A stretch of 63,976 nt of DNA, the filler included, from Gonapodya sp. JEL0774 (Eukaryota), in the NCBI GenBank assembly GCA_027604505.1. It is 6 parts of 6 records of this genome, joined end to end, with 100 filler letters (N's around TTAATTAATTAA, not from the genome) between each part and the next. Parts side by side here need not be neighbours in the genome. Positions count along the whole stretch, not along the records: positions 22,047 to 32,948 come from JADIIX010000374.1; positions 33,049 to 43,908 come from JADIIX010000375.1; 4 more parts are not named here. One strand, given 5' to 3'. This document shows, one piece after another, positions 25,001 to 37,097 of the stretch. Every line of letters starts with the position of its first letter. The stretch's first letter is position 1. The position numbers were made by a program, and so were the translations under genes. The notes below the pieces were generated by a model. It saw only the letters and a program-made list of their open reading frames with translations. It was not told the origin of the DNA and did not search any database.

Positions 25001-27431
25001 GCTAGAAAAGTATACCCACCGTTTCGACACACCTAAATGAGCATTCCTCAGCCACAAATTTATAGTGGCAAGCTTTTTCTGAAGTTCTTGACCTTCGCTG
25101 GTCTCAGCGACAAGGTCTGGAAGTCCAAAGGCATCGCCTTCGACATCCACACCACGCTCACCCCACAGATCGCCGACTCGGTGTGGGCCTTCCTCCTCAC
25201 CAGAGGTAGCAAAGTCTTGTTCGTCTCTCGGGATACTCTGCCTGACATCGTCTTGGTAAAAGCTTGCATACTTGTCCGCTGCATCATGGTGGGCCTTGAA
25301 CTGCTCATGTGCAAAAGTCTTCACACGCGAGAGAATATCGTCAAACCGAACGTCTTCCAACAACGAGCGGTAGTATGTCCGGTGTTCGATTGACGTAGTG
25401 AAGTCAAGAATGCAGTTGACGAAGAGAAGAACAGGGAGCTTAGGGCATCACAGTGGAATTCAACATCACTCCTCTACTGAAACGGAAAAGATGTGATTGA
25501 CTCACGATGTAATCCGCAGCATCCTTCAATTCGTTCTTCTCTACGAAGTGCCCCTTGGCTGTGTTAGCTACGCCCTTCACCTCTCTTGTAGGAGACACCG
25601 ATCCCCCCGTCTCAAAGCTGCTCACAGACCTCGTCTCGTCAATACTCTCAGGCTTGCGTCCCCCGGCTCCTACCGCAGTTCCCATTATCCCTTGGTCCTC
25701 CACAGCCGCTCGACAGTTGTTTATGAGAAGGGTAAACGGGTTGCAATCTTTCCACTCCTCTGTATCTACATTAGGGAGAAAAGAGAGGGTTGTGCGGTCT
25801 AAAGAAGAAGCTTGGGAGTACGAGCGGGTAAGAACCGTTGAGCCTGCTCCGCCCGAGTACACCGACATCCGGGATTGGTGCCGTGAATGAGAGTTAGACC
25901 CTGTGCGTGAAGATGACCCAGAGTTGCCAGAATTGTGGAGGTCATCAGCCTGGGCCGTGGACGAACGAGTCCCTCCATAACGTCTTTGGTATTCAAATCG
26001 TCGGAGTCTGTCCAGAACACTTTTAGTAGAGTCCTGCCGTAGAAATTGCGCGTCGCGGTCTGATTCCAAGCTATCCGCACTGCTGCGCCGCTTCCCAACC
26101 AAGAGAAGCGATACTACAACTTTGGCGCCCAGTGTTCTGGTTATCCAAAGACGCGACTCGAGTAAGCTCAGCAAGGGATCCCGATCGTCAACAGTTTGCG
26201 GGGTGAGGGAAGCTAGAATCGGCGCCAGGCTGATAGCTTCGTGGTTGAGGACTTGGAGGAGGGAGAGGACCACTTGACGCTCAAGGCGATGATCGGAGTC
26301 CTTGCTGGTTACGCTAGTCAGTGTGATCAGACAGAAAAAATCAGGGAGTACTCTTACAGAACAGAATCTAAGCTAATACGTACTCAGAGTCTCTCTGTGA
26401 TTGGAGCCATGTGATGAATTGGAACTGATAGGATACATGAGCAAATATGAGCAAACAGCAGCAATACAGTTCGTATATCACGACTCACCAGGATTTGGGG
26501 ACCGTTGCACTCGATAAAGTCAGTCATGGCGCTGCAAAAGGGAAGGTCTAGTTCCGGGCATGTTGAAGCATGTCCACAAACAACAGTCACTCACGGAGAT
26601 CCACCAGTCCGCAAATGAACGTTAAGGCTTTCGATGTGCTCCGTCACACCCGCGGTACCAGCTGCATTCTTGGAAAATGCACCCAGGGCCCCCAACATTT
26701 TTCCTTTGATGGTTCCGCTCCGGGACACCTTTTTTTGGTCGATGTACTGTTGAAGTCGATTCAGAGTGCCGAGAATTTGAGATGCAGGATTTGATCGAAG
26801 TAGGGTAGATGAATGAGAAGGCGAATCTACCAGAGGTTTGGTGGGTGAGCGATTTGGGGGGATACTGTGCAACGCTCCAGGGCGCTCGGGAGAGGTGTTG
26901 GGACCGCCTTGGCCTCGTACCCGGAGAGCCTAATAAGAAGAAAGTTACTCGAAACACTACATACAATCATTTTCAATAAGACCCCATCTCACCAGTTGGA
27001 GCATTCTGAAGAGGTGTTCACTGCAGGATTCGCTGTTTTCTGTGGGTGGATCTAATTCCAGTACGTGCTGGATTGTTTCCACCGGCACATAAGTTGGCGG
27101 GTTTGTTGATACAATGGACTGAATTCGAGATAAATAGAATTTTGAAAGTAGAACTCAATGGATTTTATCCACAAATACTGCTTACCTCGAACTCTTCCCA
27201 TAGGTCACGAACCACGACCTCGAGGCGCATTCCAGCCTTGCCAATCGTAGATTGGACTGTTGTGACTTTTGTCGCCCAGTTCCACCATGCGTCCGCGTCG
27301 GGCTGGACGGTTCCAGGTCTGTCCAATGTTGATGTACCCACGCCGAGAGATGAGGCTAGTTCCCTACCAGGCGAAACAGAAGTAGATGATTCGCCAGTGG
27401 CATTCTTCTTGCCACGAGAAATTCGATTCAT
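22047..27431 (-). CDS. Formin (GBD/FH3-like N-terminus, coiled coil, FH1, FH2), multi-exon, 3'-truncated by the scaffold end
   Basis: Poly-Pro FH1 (~23915-23990) followed by the FH2 start KLRVLQWEKL...SIWG. FH2 segments include DCERFLLEV, HRLKLWNFKLQYDERVKDL and KFQLFLDSLVSFVG. Upstream are coiled-coil exons and FH3-like exons (LLFVNCIL). Confidence 0.85.
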
Positions 27432-27906
27432 TCTCCCGTGGACGGATTCGCTATGTATCAGGGACGGCGGTTTGCCGTTCCAAAAGTGCTGTGGTCACAG
27501 GAGCCAACTATCTCGACAATAATTATCTGTGAGCCATCTGAAGCTCACCGAGACAGAGAGTAAATGTCCTTGGGTTTCAGTAGATACATATGACATTCGA
27601 AGAGGTATGCTCCCCAAAACATGCCTATTCATCTTCATTTCGAGCATGTTCCCAGATATATGGTGAACGCCCATTCCAGGTCTTTCTCCTGTCACTGAGT
27701 CCATACACTTAATGCGTACAAGCATATGCGCTATCGGGAGAACGCTGTTGTTCCGGTGCTTTGTATTCCGGTGCCAAGGAGGCTTACGGGTGTGAAGAGG
27801 CAGAGCCACTTCCGTTCACCGCCGACTCATCAGCAACCGTTATCCCGATCCGCAGTTCATAAAGCAATACCGACATGTTTGAATCAGTTTCTGAAAATTC
27901 ACAAGG

Positions 27907-29160
27907 ATGTCTGAAAACAAATCTGTGACCTCTTCCTCACGTTTCGCCGCAGACTTCATGATGGGGGGTGTGTCTGCAGCGATATCCAGGACCGCAAGTG
28001 AGATGCTCTGTTTTCCGGATGACTGAAAAATTGTTCTGATAGTGTCACATCCAACGACTCGCTCGGGATCTGAACAGCTGCTCCGATTGAGCGCGTCAAG
28101 CTCCTCGTTCAAAGCCAGGACGAGCTGGTCAAGTCTGGGCGTCTTGACAAACCGTACAAGGGAGGTCTCGATTGTCTTACACGCGTGGTAAAGGCTGAAG
28201 GCACCTTAGCGCTGTGGTGAGTTTGCGAGATATGGAGAGAAAATTCTCGTTCACCGCCCACCAAATTTTGTTGCACACACCGACATGACTGCCAGGCGCG
28301 GAAACGTTGTGAATGTCCTTCGCTACTTCCCCACTCAAGCACTGAACTTCGCTTTCAAAGATCGTTACAAGCGCATGCTCGGGTTCAATCGAGCCAAGGA
28401 CGGATACTGGTTGTGGTTCGCTGGAAACATTGCTTCAGGCGCGGCAGCAGGTGCAACATCACAGGTGTTTGTTTACCCACTCGACTACGCTCGTACAAGA
28501 CTTGCGAATGATGGTATGTCGGCAAAGAGTGGCGGGCAGAGACAGTTCAATGGATTGAGTGAGTCCTTTTGTCTGCCACGAGCGATCCCGGAACTGCCCC
28601 TCACTGTCACATCAGTTGATCTATATAGCAAAACGCTCACCACTGATGGAGTAATCGGTCTGTACAGGGGCTTCATGGTGTCTGCATTGGGCATCGTGGT
28701 CTACCGTGGCTTGTACTTTGGAATGTACGACACTTTCAAGCCACTCATGCCGGGAACTCTCCAAGATAGTTTCGTGGCGCAATTCTTACTTGGCTGGGCC
28801 GTTACAGTTGGAGCCACAACTGTTTCTTATCCTATTGATACTGTGAGAAGGTATGGCCACTAGCGTTTCCTGATACTCGATTCGGATTGATCATGCCGCG
28901 ATCACTACACATTTCATTCTAACACGATCGCCCCCGCATATAGACGTATGATGATGACTTCTGGTGAAGCCGTCAAGTACAATACCTCGCTTGACGCCTT
29001 TTCGCAGATCATCGCCAAGGAAGGTATTCTATCCTTGTTCAAGGGGGCTGGAGTGAACGTTGTGCGGGCGGTCGGTAGCGCTTTGGTTCTTGTCGGATAC
29101 GATCAGCTGCAAATGTTGGTTTTCGGAAAGAAGATCGCAGGTGAGGACATCGTCTCATAG
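27907..29160 (+). CDS. AAC: Mitochondrial ADP/ATP carrier
   Basis: [73 protein letters not shown] (RRRMMM signature across an intron). Confidence 0.96.
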
Positions 29161-29475
29161 TGGTGTTCGACATGTCACGATATTGACAACCGAAAGGTGA
29201 ATGAACATTTCATTCATTCCAGGAAGCGAATAATGGAGTGTCGCAACGTCGTCATCATGTTGCAGATGGACTTTCTCACTTATGCTGATCGGACTTGTAA
29301 TTGAAAGGGACTTTCAAACATCGAAATGCATTCAAATATATTTCAAATCACTCGTGCTTCGTGGCCTAACTAAAACTGCGAAAGTGCAAGAAAAATCGTG
29401 CATGGAAGTACATAACTGCAGAAAGCGCTGGCCAATCTCCGATCCTACCACTGGATCAATTCCTTCCCTTTATCT

Positions 29476-31421
29476 TCAAATGTCAACTGAGATCGCAAAC
29501 CGTGTGGATGGCGCCCTCGTCGCACCACCTACATACTCATCGTTTACCTTAGACTTTCCAAACACCTTGGCCATTTTTTGTTTTAAGGAACCCGGAATAC
29601 TCTCCTTCAAACTTCACGATGCTCGTGATTGCCCATCGACGTTCCGAGGCGGCTCTGTTCTCGGGCTCGAGGGCTGTGTCAAGAAGATGCTGGGGTAGCG
29701 GGAGTGTCTGCATGATTGCGTCCCATGACGGGTCGAAGAAGAAAGGGATCGAAGTTCGATGTGTGGATTCGAGGTTCAGAACGCGGTGACGTGGGGAGAG
29801 GATGAGGCCGTGCGTGGCGCGATCAAGGAGATCACCTGCATTGCAAATCTGAGTTGATAATACGGGAGTGCAAAGTGAGCCAGAAGATCGACAATATCGG
29901 GTACCGAACACGATCCGAGTAAACGACAATGTATAGACTCACAATGGATCCAGGTATGTACGGAACTTGTCCCCACACTCCGATTTTCTCGTTCCAAAAC
30001 TCCAACCCTGGCGCATCCACTGCCAGCATTGTCCACAGTCCATAGTCTGAATGGTCACCGATCCCCGTCTCAGAAAGTTTCGCGGCAGGTGAGTACGAGA
30101 AGAGTCTCACTAGGGCGATCGGATCGTCTTTGGTAAACATGTCGCGTATGGTAGTTTGAGGAAGTTCCAAACCGGTAGAGAGCAGGTCCATGAAGCGTTG
30201 ACCAAGGTCAGTGACGGCGGAGATGTATTCGAGCGCGGCTGGGCGGAGAGACGGGAGTTCTTTATCTGGGAACTGATTGGGTCCAAACAGCGGTGTCGCC
30301 TTCTTGACCCGCGGATAATCAGGGCCGTGCTCGGGTCCCATGTAGAGGCCCTCTTTGTGATCTGTCGTTCCATGAGTAAGTTCTCCACAGGGCATGTAGC
30401 CTCTCCACGCCATGTTACCCTGTTTTTTGACGTGAAGGGCCATTTTGGTCGCCTCCTCAAGCTTGAAGAATGCACGAGCGGCAGCGAGAAGGTCCGCTTG
30501 AAGATTCGTGGGAAGGCCATGGTTCACAGCCACAAAGCCTCCCCATGATCGACATGCGTTGACTATAAGAGATCCAGAATTGGGTAGGGACACATCCACC
30601 ACCGGAACGCGATAAGCAGCAGATAGATCGCCAGCACCCAGCTCCCGTCCGAGACGGGCCAGGAAGTCAAGCATGTAGTTGTGTCGCTCAATAGCGATCC
30701 TCTTGCCCTCGCAGGTGTTTATGCGGTCCTTGAGAAGAAGCAGCTTTTCGAAAAAGTGGGCAACGCTGGACCCGCGATTTTTGTCTGCATACTGAGCAAC
30801 GGTCAATGCACCCGGATCGCGAGGGCCGTCACCTTGTTCGTGGATAGGGCGATGTCTGGTACCGCCGAACGTAAAGCACCTGGCTATTCCGATGGCACCG
30901 ATGGCATCGAGACGGTCTGCATCTTGTACAACGGCTAATTCGAGGGATTTTGAAAGCTGAGCTCCTCCAGTACCATTTGCAAGTGACGTTTTGAAACCGA
31001 TCCCTTCAACGATGCCCACGACCTTCTCGACGAGATCTTGGTGGCACTTTTTCTCCACGAGGAACTCCTTTACAGCGATAGGTCCTGCCTCTTCTGAGCC
31101 AGAGTACTTGTAGTCCTTGATATCGTGAAGAAGGGAAGCCAGTTCCACCACCACCAGATCCGCACCTTCCGCTCGGGCGATTCTGAGAGCTACAGAGCGA
31201 ACCCGGTCAATGTGCGAAAAGTCATGGGACTAAAAGGGACGTGATGACGGCAAGAGTGGAGTATATCGGGCGAGAAAACAAGTCAAGATTCGGGAAAAGG
31301 AAGATTGATGCTTCGAACTTGCGATTAATCGGACGAAACGCACGCCGTCCACTGATTTGAGCTCATCACGGACATATTGCTCTGTCTGGACAATCAGCGC
31401 GTCTTGAGAAGCGGCGGCCAT
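29476..31421 (-). CDS. Fusion of an HD-domain phosphohydrolase (YedJ-like) and a 2-oxoglutarate/Fe(II) dioxygenase (IPNS-like)
   Basis: HD part: SHDFSHIDRV...LLHDIKDYKY...VQDADRLDAIGAIGIARCFTFGG...HFFEKLLLLKD. It continues in the same exon and frame into DIOX_N (VPVVDVS...ACRSWGGFVAVNHG...WRGY) and 2OG-FeII_Oxy (HSD...HRV...RTSIPFF). As assembled the stop is at 29549; an alternative-frame stop is at 29476. Confidence 0.9.
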
Positions 31422-32011
31422 TGTGGAGTGTTCTTGATTGTCGGAAAAACTGTGCCAATCTTCCCATTTTCACGAGTGAAGGTAATTATTTGTTACCAGC
31501 AATCTCCAACAACGTCTATGCCCTACAATGCTGTTATTCTTTTGGAATACCGACGTGATTGTCTGTATTGCCTGCGAGCAAGCGAGCACAGTCGTAGAAC
31601 GACAAGTTTTGAGTACCCATAAATATTATTTTTTTTAAAAGATTATAAAGAATACTGCTCATTTCAGATAACATGGATTCATTTCGTGATGTTGCATGAT
31701 GAGGGTGAACTTCGCGACCTGAAGCTCGTCAGGGTATCCAAGCTGGTTGGACATCGGAACTCGGACATCTCGTGAACGGAATCCATTCGCTCGTACAACG
31801 CAAACATTCCATCACGTCCCCTGTGAGCAATTTGAATTCGTTGCTCCTTCCATCGGAGAGTTCCAGCCCCAATAGCGTCCCCAATACAATGTTCTGACTT
31901 GTTCTGAAATCGATCAATTGAACGCACAGAACCCACCTTCAATCCCACCTAGAGATGCCCTACAACTCATCAACAATGTACTTTGCGTCTCCAGTTCGTG
32001 CATCGGATGTC

Positions 32012-32948
32012 ATGGCTGACGCGCACGAGTTCATCAAGGGTGTGTTGCAACCGAACGCGGTCATATTGAAGCCCCCTTGTTCTGACTCTAGAATGCTGTG
32101 CTAACCATTACGTCCACTTCACTGGATACGCTTATTGTACGCTGTGAATGCTTATGACCCTAGACCGTCTTTTCTACGCTTCAACTGCTGGGCAACCATC
32201 CTCAACCGATACCATCCACTTCTTCACAATAGACGACCGCCTCGTTTACATTCCTTTCTTTGCGGATTTCGGTCCCAACAATTTGGCACATGTCGTTCGA
32301 TTCGTCATGCTTTTGAATGAAAAACTTGCTGTAAGGGTGGAACTGAACCACAACTCGGATGGATTCTCTGCTAAACAGAGTTAACCTCCTTTGATCGCAC
32401 AGAATCCTTCTCTCGCTGACAAAAAGTTATGCATGTACTCAAGTCCTGAGTCAGACAAGAGAGCGAATGCATGCTTCCTGCTGTGCGCCTACATGGTGGG
32501 CAGACGATTCGTTGATCCACGATTTGGTCATCTAATTCCTTGATTCTTCATCGAACCTGCCCTTTTCCAGGTCATCGCGCTAAAAAAATCCCCCGAGGCA
32601 GCTTGTGCACCAATAAAGGATATTCAGCCGTCTCTGACACCCTTCCGTGACGCTGGATACGGCCCGGCTTCATTTTGGCTTACCACTCTCGACTGCATCA
32701 CAGGACTCCACAAGGCCTTGACATTGGGATTGCTGGATCTTGATGAATTTGACCTCGCGGAGTACGAGTTCATGGAAAAGGTATGATTTGGAATGAGATT
32801 CTGAAGACAAGTCTGGACTCCACTACCTTATTGACCCCTAACTAGGTCGAGAACGGTGACATGAATTTCATCACCGACAAGTTTCTCGCATTTGCCAGTC
32901 CTCACGATGATCCTCCGAACGCTTACCCTCCCGCAACAGACCCGCGAG
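32012..32948 (+). CDS. CDC14: Cdc14 dual-specificity phosphatase, N-terminal part, truncated by the scaffold end
   Basis: EFIK/DRLFYA...HFFTIDDRLVYIPFFADFGPNNLAHVVRF; KRANACFLLCAYM; PFRDAGYG; FDLAEYEFMEK/VENGDMNFITDKFLAFASP. Confidence 0.93.
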
Positions 32949-33048
32949 NNNNNNNNNNNNNNNNNNNNNNNNNNNNNNNNNNNNNNNNNNNNTTAATTAA
33001 TTAANNNNNNNNNNNNNNNNNNNNNNNNNNNNNNNNNNNNNNNNNNNN
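32949..33048. other. Artificial scaffold spacer
   Basis: N44-TTAATTAATTAA-N44. Confidence 0.97.
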
Positions 33049-33223
33049 CCGGAGTTGTGTAGTAGGCGATGGCTCGAACCGCGATACTTGTGGGAGTGCG
33101 AAAGATGGCAACCAGAGCCCGGTTCAGAGCGCCGGTGGGCAGCCCGAGACGGAAGGGGAGGTAATCGCCGATCAAGAGGATAGTTTCTGTCGGCAGGTCG
33201 GTGAGACTGTGTGAGGATGGCAT
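33049..33223 (-). CDS. F-box-like N-terminus of a probable ankyrin-repeat family protein (truncated by the scaffold end)
   Basis: MPSSHSLTDLPTETILLIGDYLPFRLGLPTGALNRALVAIFRTPTSIAVRAI is a close paralog of the N-terminus of 40130-41021. Confidence 0.65.
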
Positions 33224-33899
33224 GATAGTGGGAGTTGAGGAGAGGATAGCGGGAGAACGGGAATGACGGAGCCGAGAAGAGGGGGGGAATCGAGAGGGAT
33301 TAGAGTGGGAAATTGTAGCAAAGACGTTCTCAGTCTCTTTATTAGCTGGCGTTGATTTGGAAGTTGCCGCGGGTGTTGACCCGCCTTTGGTCCTCCAGGT
33401 ACCAGCACTTCGGAACTTCCGCCTACTCTCTCAAAACGCGCAAGTATCGAGTGGCAGCTACACTCGGGGAAGTCGCACAGAGATAACGGAAGTACATGCA
33501 GTTGGATTCCGTACCCGTTTATGTAGAAGTTCACAAAAAGGGAGTGAATATAAGGAAGATCTTATCCGGAATGGTGAATGTGATACTCTCACTCCCATGA
33601 CAATTTAGGTCGTCCATATCAAAACAATTACTCCTACATCTCCTGAACGTCGCCACGTTCCCGTGTCCGTCCTGTATATCCCACCTCTTTTGAACGACCC
33701 CCAAGCTTATAGGGTATATTGCGCTTTGGAATCAGAGTTCCACAGTTGTCTCTAAAAGCAATTTCACCTTTCCAAGTCCACCGTGACGGACTTCCAGCGA
33801 ATGCAAGCTCAAAGTGCGTAGTTGGCGCTCATGGTTTAATGTCTGCTCCAATGATTCTAAAAGCACACTTCGCACCATCCACATGCACCATCCACATGC

Positions 33900-34471
33900 A
33901 CCTTCTTGGCACCAGAGACTCAGGCTTCCACCCGCAACCGGGCACCATCCACAATCACATGCACGTCTGCATCTACAGGCATCCTCCGAGCCCGATCTTC
34001 CAGGTACAAGACTTGTTGAAAGAGTCTGTCGGAGTGTATTTTATAAGGGGAGAGTCCGTGTGTGTGCATGTGGAGGTGGCGGATGAAGCAGAGGCGGCAG
34101 AGGGAGTAAGGGAGCTGGAATTGAAATGGGGAAGGGCCATACGAAGATGATAACCAGTCAGCTCAGTCTGCTTGGATGATCGTGACGGCGTGCTTTGAAT
34201 GGGGGTACGTACTTGGGGGGTCAAGTCAGGTGCTTTTCGGACAAAGTACTCGGGCTACATGGAGTCATTGACGTGGACGTGGTGCACGAGCAAAAGAGTT
34301 CGAAGCGAGTCGTCTGAGCGCATGCGTTTAGCAATCTGCCAGACTAGCCAGCACTCGTGCGTGTACCTTCTTTTCTTCTCCGCAGACTTCACATTCCCAG
34401 ACGAGCTCGTTCTCTGGGTGATCAGCAGGCGGCCACACACAATCATTGATGGCTCTCAAAATGAAAGCCAT
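33900..34471 (-). pseudogene. Possible degenerate RING/RBR-like gene, head-to-head with the RBR gene
   Basis: Spliced start MAFILRAINDCVWPPADHPENELVWECEVCGEEKK/PEYFVRKAPDLTPK resembles MECSICKDEKQ of the neighbour. Downstream frames are broken. Confidence 0.3.
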
Positions 34472-34823
34472 CTGTCGATCAATTGGGCAATCGGTTTAGA
34501 GGTGATTCTTGGGAGACCTTTCAGAAGCGAGGGTTTCAGCCGAATTTGCGGAGGCCACGTTGCAGTCAACGAACCTTTTTTCCCGATCACTGTTGTTTCG
34601 CAATGCTTCCAATGCACAGAGACCAGTCATTCACCGTACTCCGCAATTTTTGCGCATCTTTGAATTCATTTCACCGATTTTCCAGGGCAGGATTCTGCTC
34701 CACTTAGGAATTACTCAGGCCAGTGGTCGGCTAATTGGCCACAGCAACCGCTTGGGACAAACCAGAGCTTTTCCCACTGCTGCTCTCTCCTGACAACAGA
34801 GTCCAGAAAGAAAGAAAGCAGCA

Positions 34824-36754
34824 ATGGAGTGCTCGATTTGCAAGGACGAAAAACAAGTCAGTGGTCGCACTCATTCCCGTTACTCCAACTTTCCGTCCAT
34901 CACATTCAAGTTACGCGATTCCCATTGCCTGCTCCGCTTTTCTCCCTCCATCCATCATCAAAGCCTTGGCTATTCCCTTCGGCACCCCCCTCTTCTTCCT
35001 GCTCCGTAAGTCCTCTCGGCCCATGGCTCTTGGTCACAATAACTCCAAATCCGGGTAATCCCCACCGTCGCAGCACCCACCAACTACATGTTCGGATTGT
35101 ATGACTCAGTACCTAGATCACGANNNNNNNNNNNNNNNNNNNNNNNNNNNNNNNNNNNNNNNNNNNNNNNNNNNNNNNNNNNNNNNNNNNNNNNNNNNNN
35201 NNNNNNNNNNNNNNNNNNNNNCCAAATCCGGGTAATCCCCACCGTCGCAGCACCCACCAACTACATGTTCGGATTGTATGACTCAGTACCTAGATCACGA
35301 AGATTGGTCAGGAAGCCAGAACATCGCCCGTGGTCATATGTCCTGAACTGGCGTGTAAGGAGAGGATGAAGTACAGGGACGGTGAGTTCACGGGCCGGGC
35401 ACTGGCCCGAGGCGCTGACCGGCGGGTGTGCAGAACGAACTGGAGGCCGGTGGAATTGGTTTGGAAGGCGGCACACTACGCTGCTGGGATCAAGTGCAAT
35501 CAAGCGTCCATCCATTGAACCGCCGTCTCACCAACCATGCGCCCACTCCGTAATTCACTGACCCCTCATGCCACTCGATGTGCGTCTGACATCGTATGTG
35601 TACCCAGTTCACCGCCACGCGTCTCCTGCCACTTTCGACCGCTTTGCCGACCTGCTCCTCCACGACGCGTCTCGGGCCATGAGTAATTTCCGATGGTGTA
35701 CTAAGGAAGGATGCAAGTATGGTCAAGGTAGGCCGCTTTGGTATTCTTCGGTGCTTCGTACACCACAGCTTTAATGTCTAGATTTGTTTGCAAACACACC
35801 ACCCTCCTCCTACTCGTTCGGAGAGCTCTACTATCCACATCGAAACCCTCGCGTACAGTGTCAAGGCTGTCAAACAGCGACTTGCTTCTACCACGGAGGA
35901 CCCTGGCACGCGTGAGTGTCCCCCCAACTGAAACACGTTTTCCTTTGGGTTGGTGGTGTGCCAGACTAGAGACGTAACCCATATGATGACTTGTGTGTCC
36001 ATCCCGGAATATCGGGGTTCTCCAGTGGTCTAACATGCAAGGACTACGACGAAACCCTTGGGAGCACCGAGAAGGCGTCCGGTCGGTATTTGCAACGGTG
36101 AGTCTCATCGACAGTCGACAAATATAAACTTTTCGCGACACGACGCATTTACCCGTGGGCCGTGTGCAATCCACATACATTCTTACACAGAAATGCCAAG
36201 CCCTGTCCCGGCTGCTCGAAATTGATTGAAAAGGACGGGTGAATACCGTATGGTGGTGGCGCTCCCCTTCCCTCCCTGCACGTCCATCCCATCTCATCGG
36301 TTCTGCCATCACGTATCTGTTTGCCTTTCATTTCTCTACCATGTACTTGGTCCACTCACCCGTCGATCTTCACGTTACGAATGGCTCAAGTGGCTGCAAC
36401 CACATGACTTGCGCTCGGTACTCGGGTGGATGTGGAGCGGAGTACTGCTGGTACGTGAACATGCAGCCTCTCGGCGCCGCCATGATCCGAGTGACCATCC
36501 ACCTTGTCACACCTTTTGGCGCGTTCCGCTTTGTCTCTGCCTCCCTGATTCACGTATACGTAGGGACTGTCTCGTCATGTACGACCAAATCGCCGCCCGG
36601 GGACCTCGAGCACATAAAATAAGCGTGAGTTACATCGCAGATTTCACCTCACCAACGAACTCCAACCGCCAATTATCCACTTTATCAGTGCCCACACTAC
36701 CGCATGCCTAAACCGCGGGTATCGTTTCGAGAACGGACGTGTAACGTACAGTGA
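34824..36754 (+). CDS. RBR (RING-IBR-RING, Ariadne-like) E3 ubiquitin ligase, multi-exon
   Basis: MECSICKDEK...HPPTTCSDCMTQYL...ICPELACK; FRWCTKEGCKYGQ; PCPGCSKLIEKDG/GCNHMTCARYSGGCGAEYCW/DCL. It spans an assembly gap and has an apparent +1 frameshift near 35296. Confidence 0.8.
35124..35221. other. Intra-scaffold N gap with duplicated flanks (false gap)
   Basis: 35045-35123 is repeated identically at 35222-35300. Confidence 0.9.
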
Positions 36755-37097
36755 GCCCAGAAATTCTGTGGAAGTAGCCTTATCCGACGACATCGAATCC
36801 CCTTTGAGTTCGCGGGAAATCACATGGGGTGGGACAATCGGAGAGCACAGCAAGTGGCGGATCGGAGTGAAGCGAACTAACTTGAGTCTAATGAGCTCTA
36901 CCATGTGCAGAGTCCTGGTCTACTACCGTGGGCACACGGCGTCGCGACAAGCGATGTACCGAACGTTATTCCGATATGTTTTTGTCGTATGTACATAATT
37001 CGATGTTCCGAACCTGTGGACCCTGGAAGGTGAAACGGGGGACAAGGTTGCCATTTCAGGCAAATGGAGAGCCTCCGTTTTTGACGATCAGAGCAAA

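Noticed and set aside
35045..35300. 79-bp direct repeat flanking an N gap
   Set aside because: An exact duplicate on both sides of a gap indicates unmerged overlapping contig ends.
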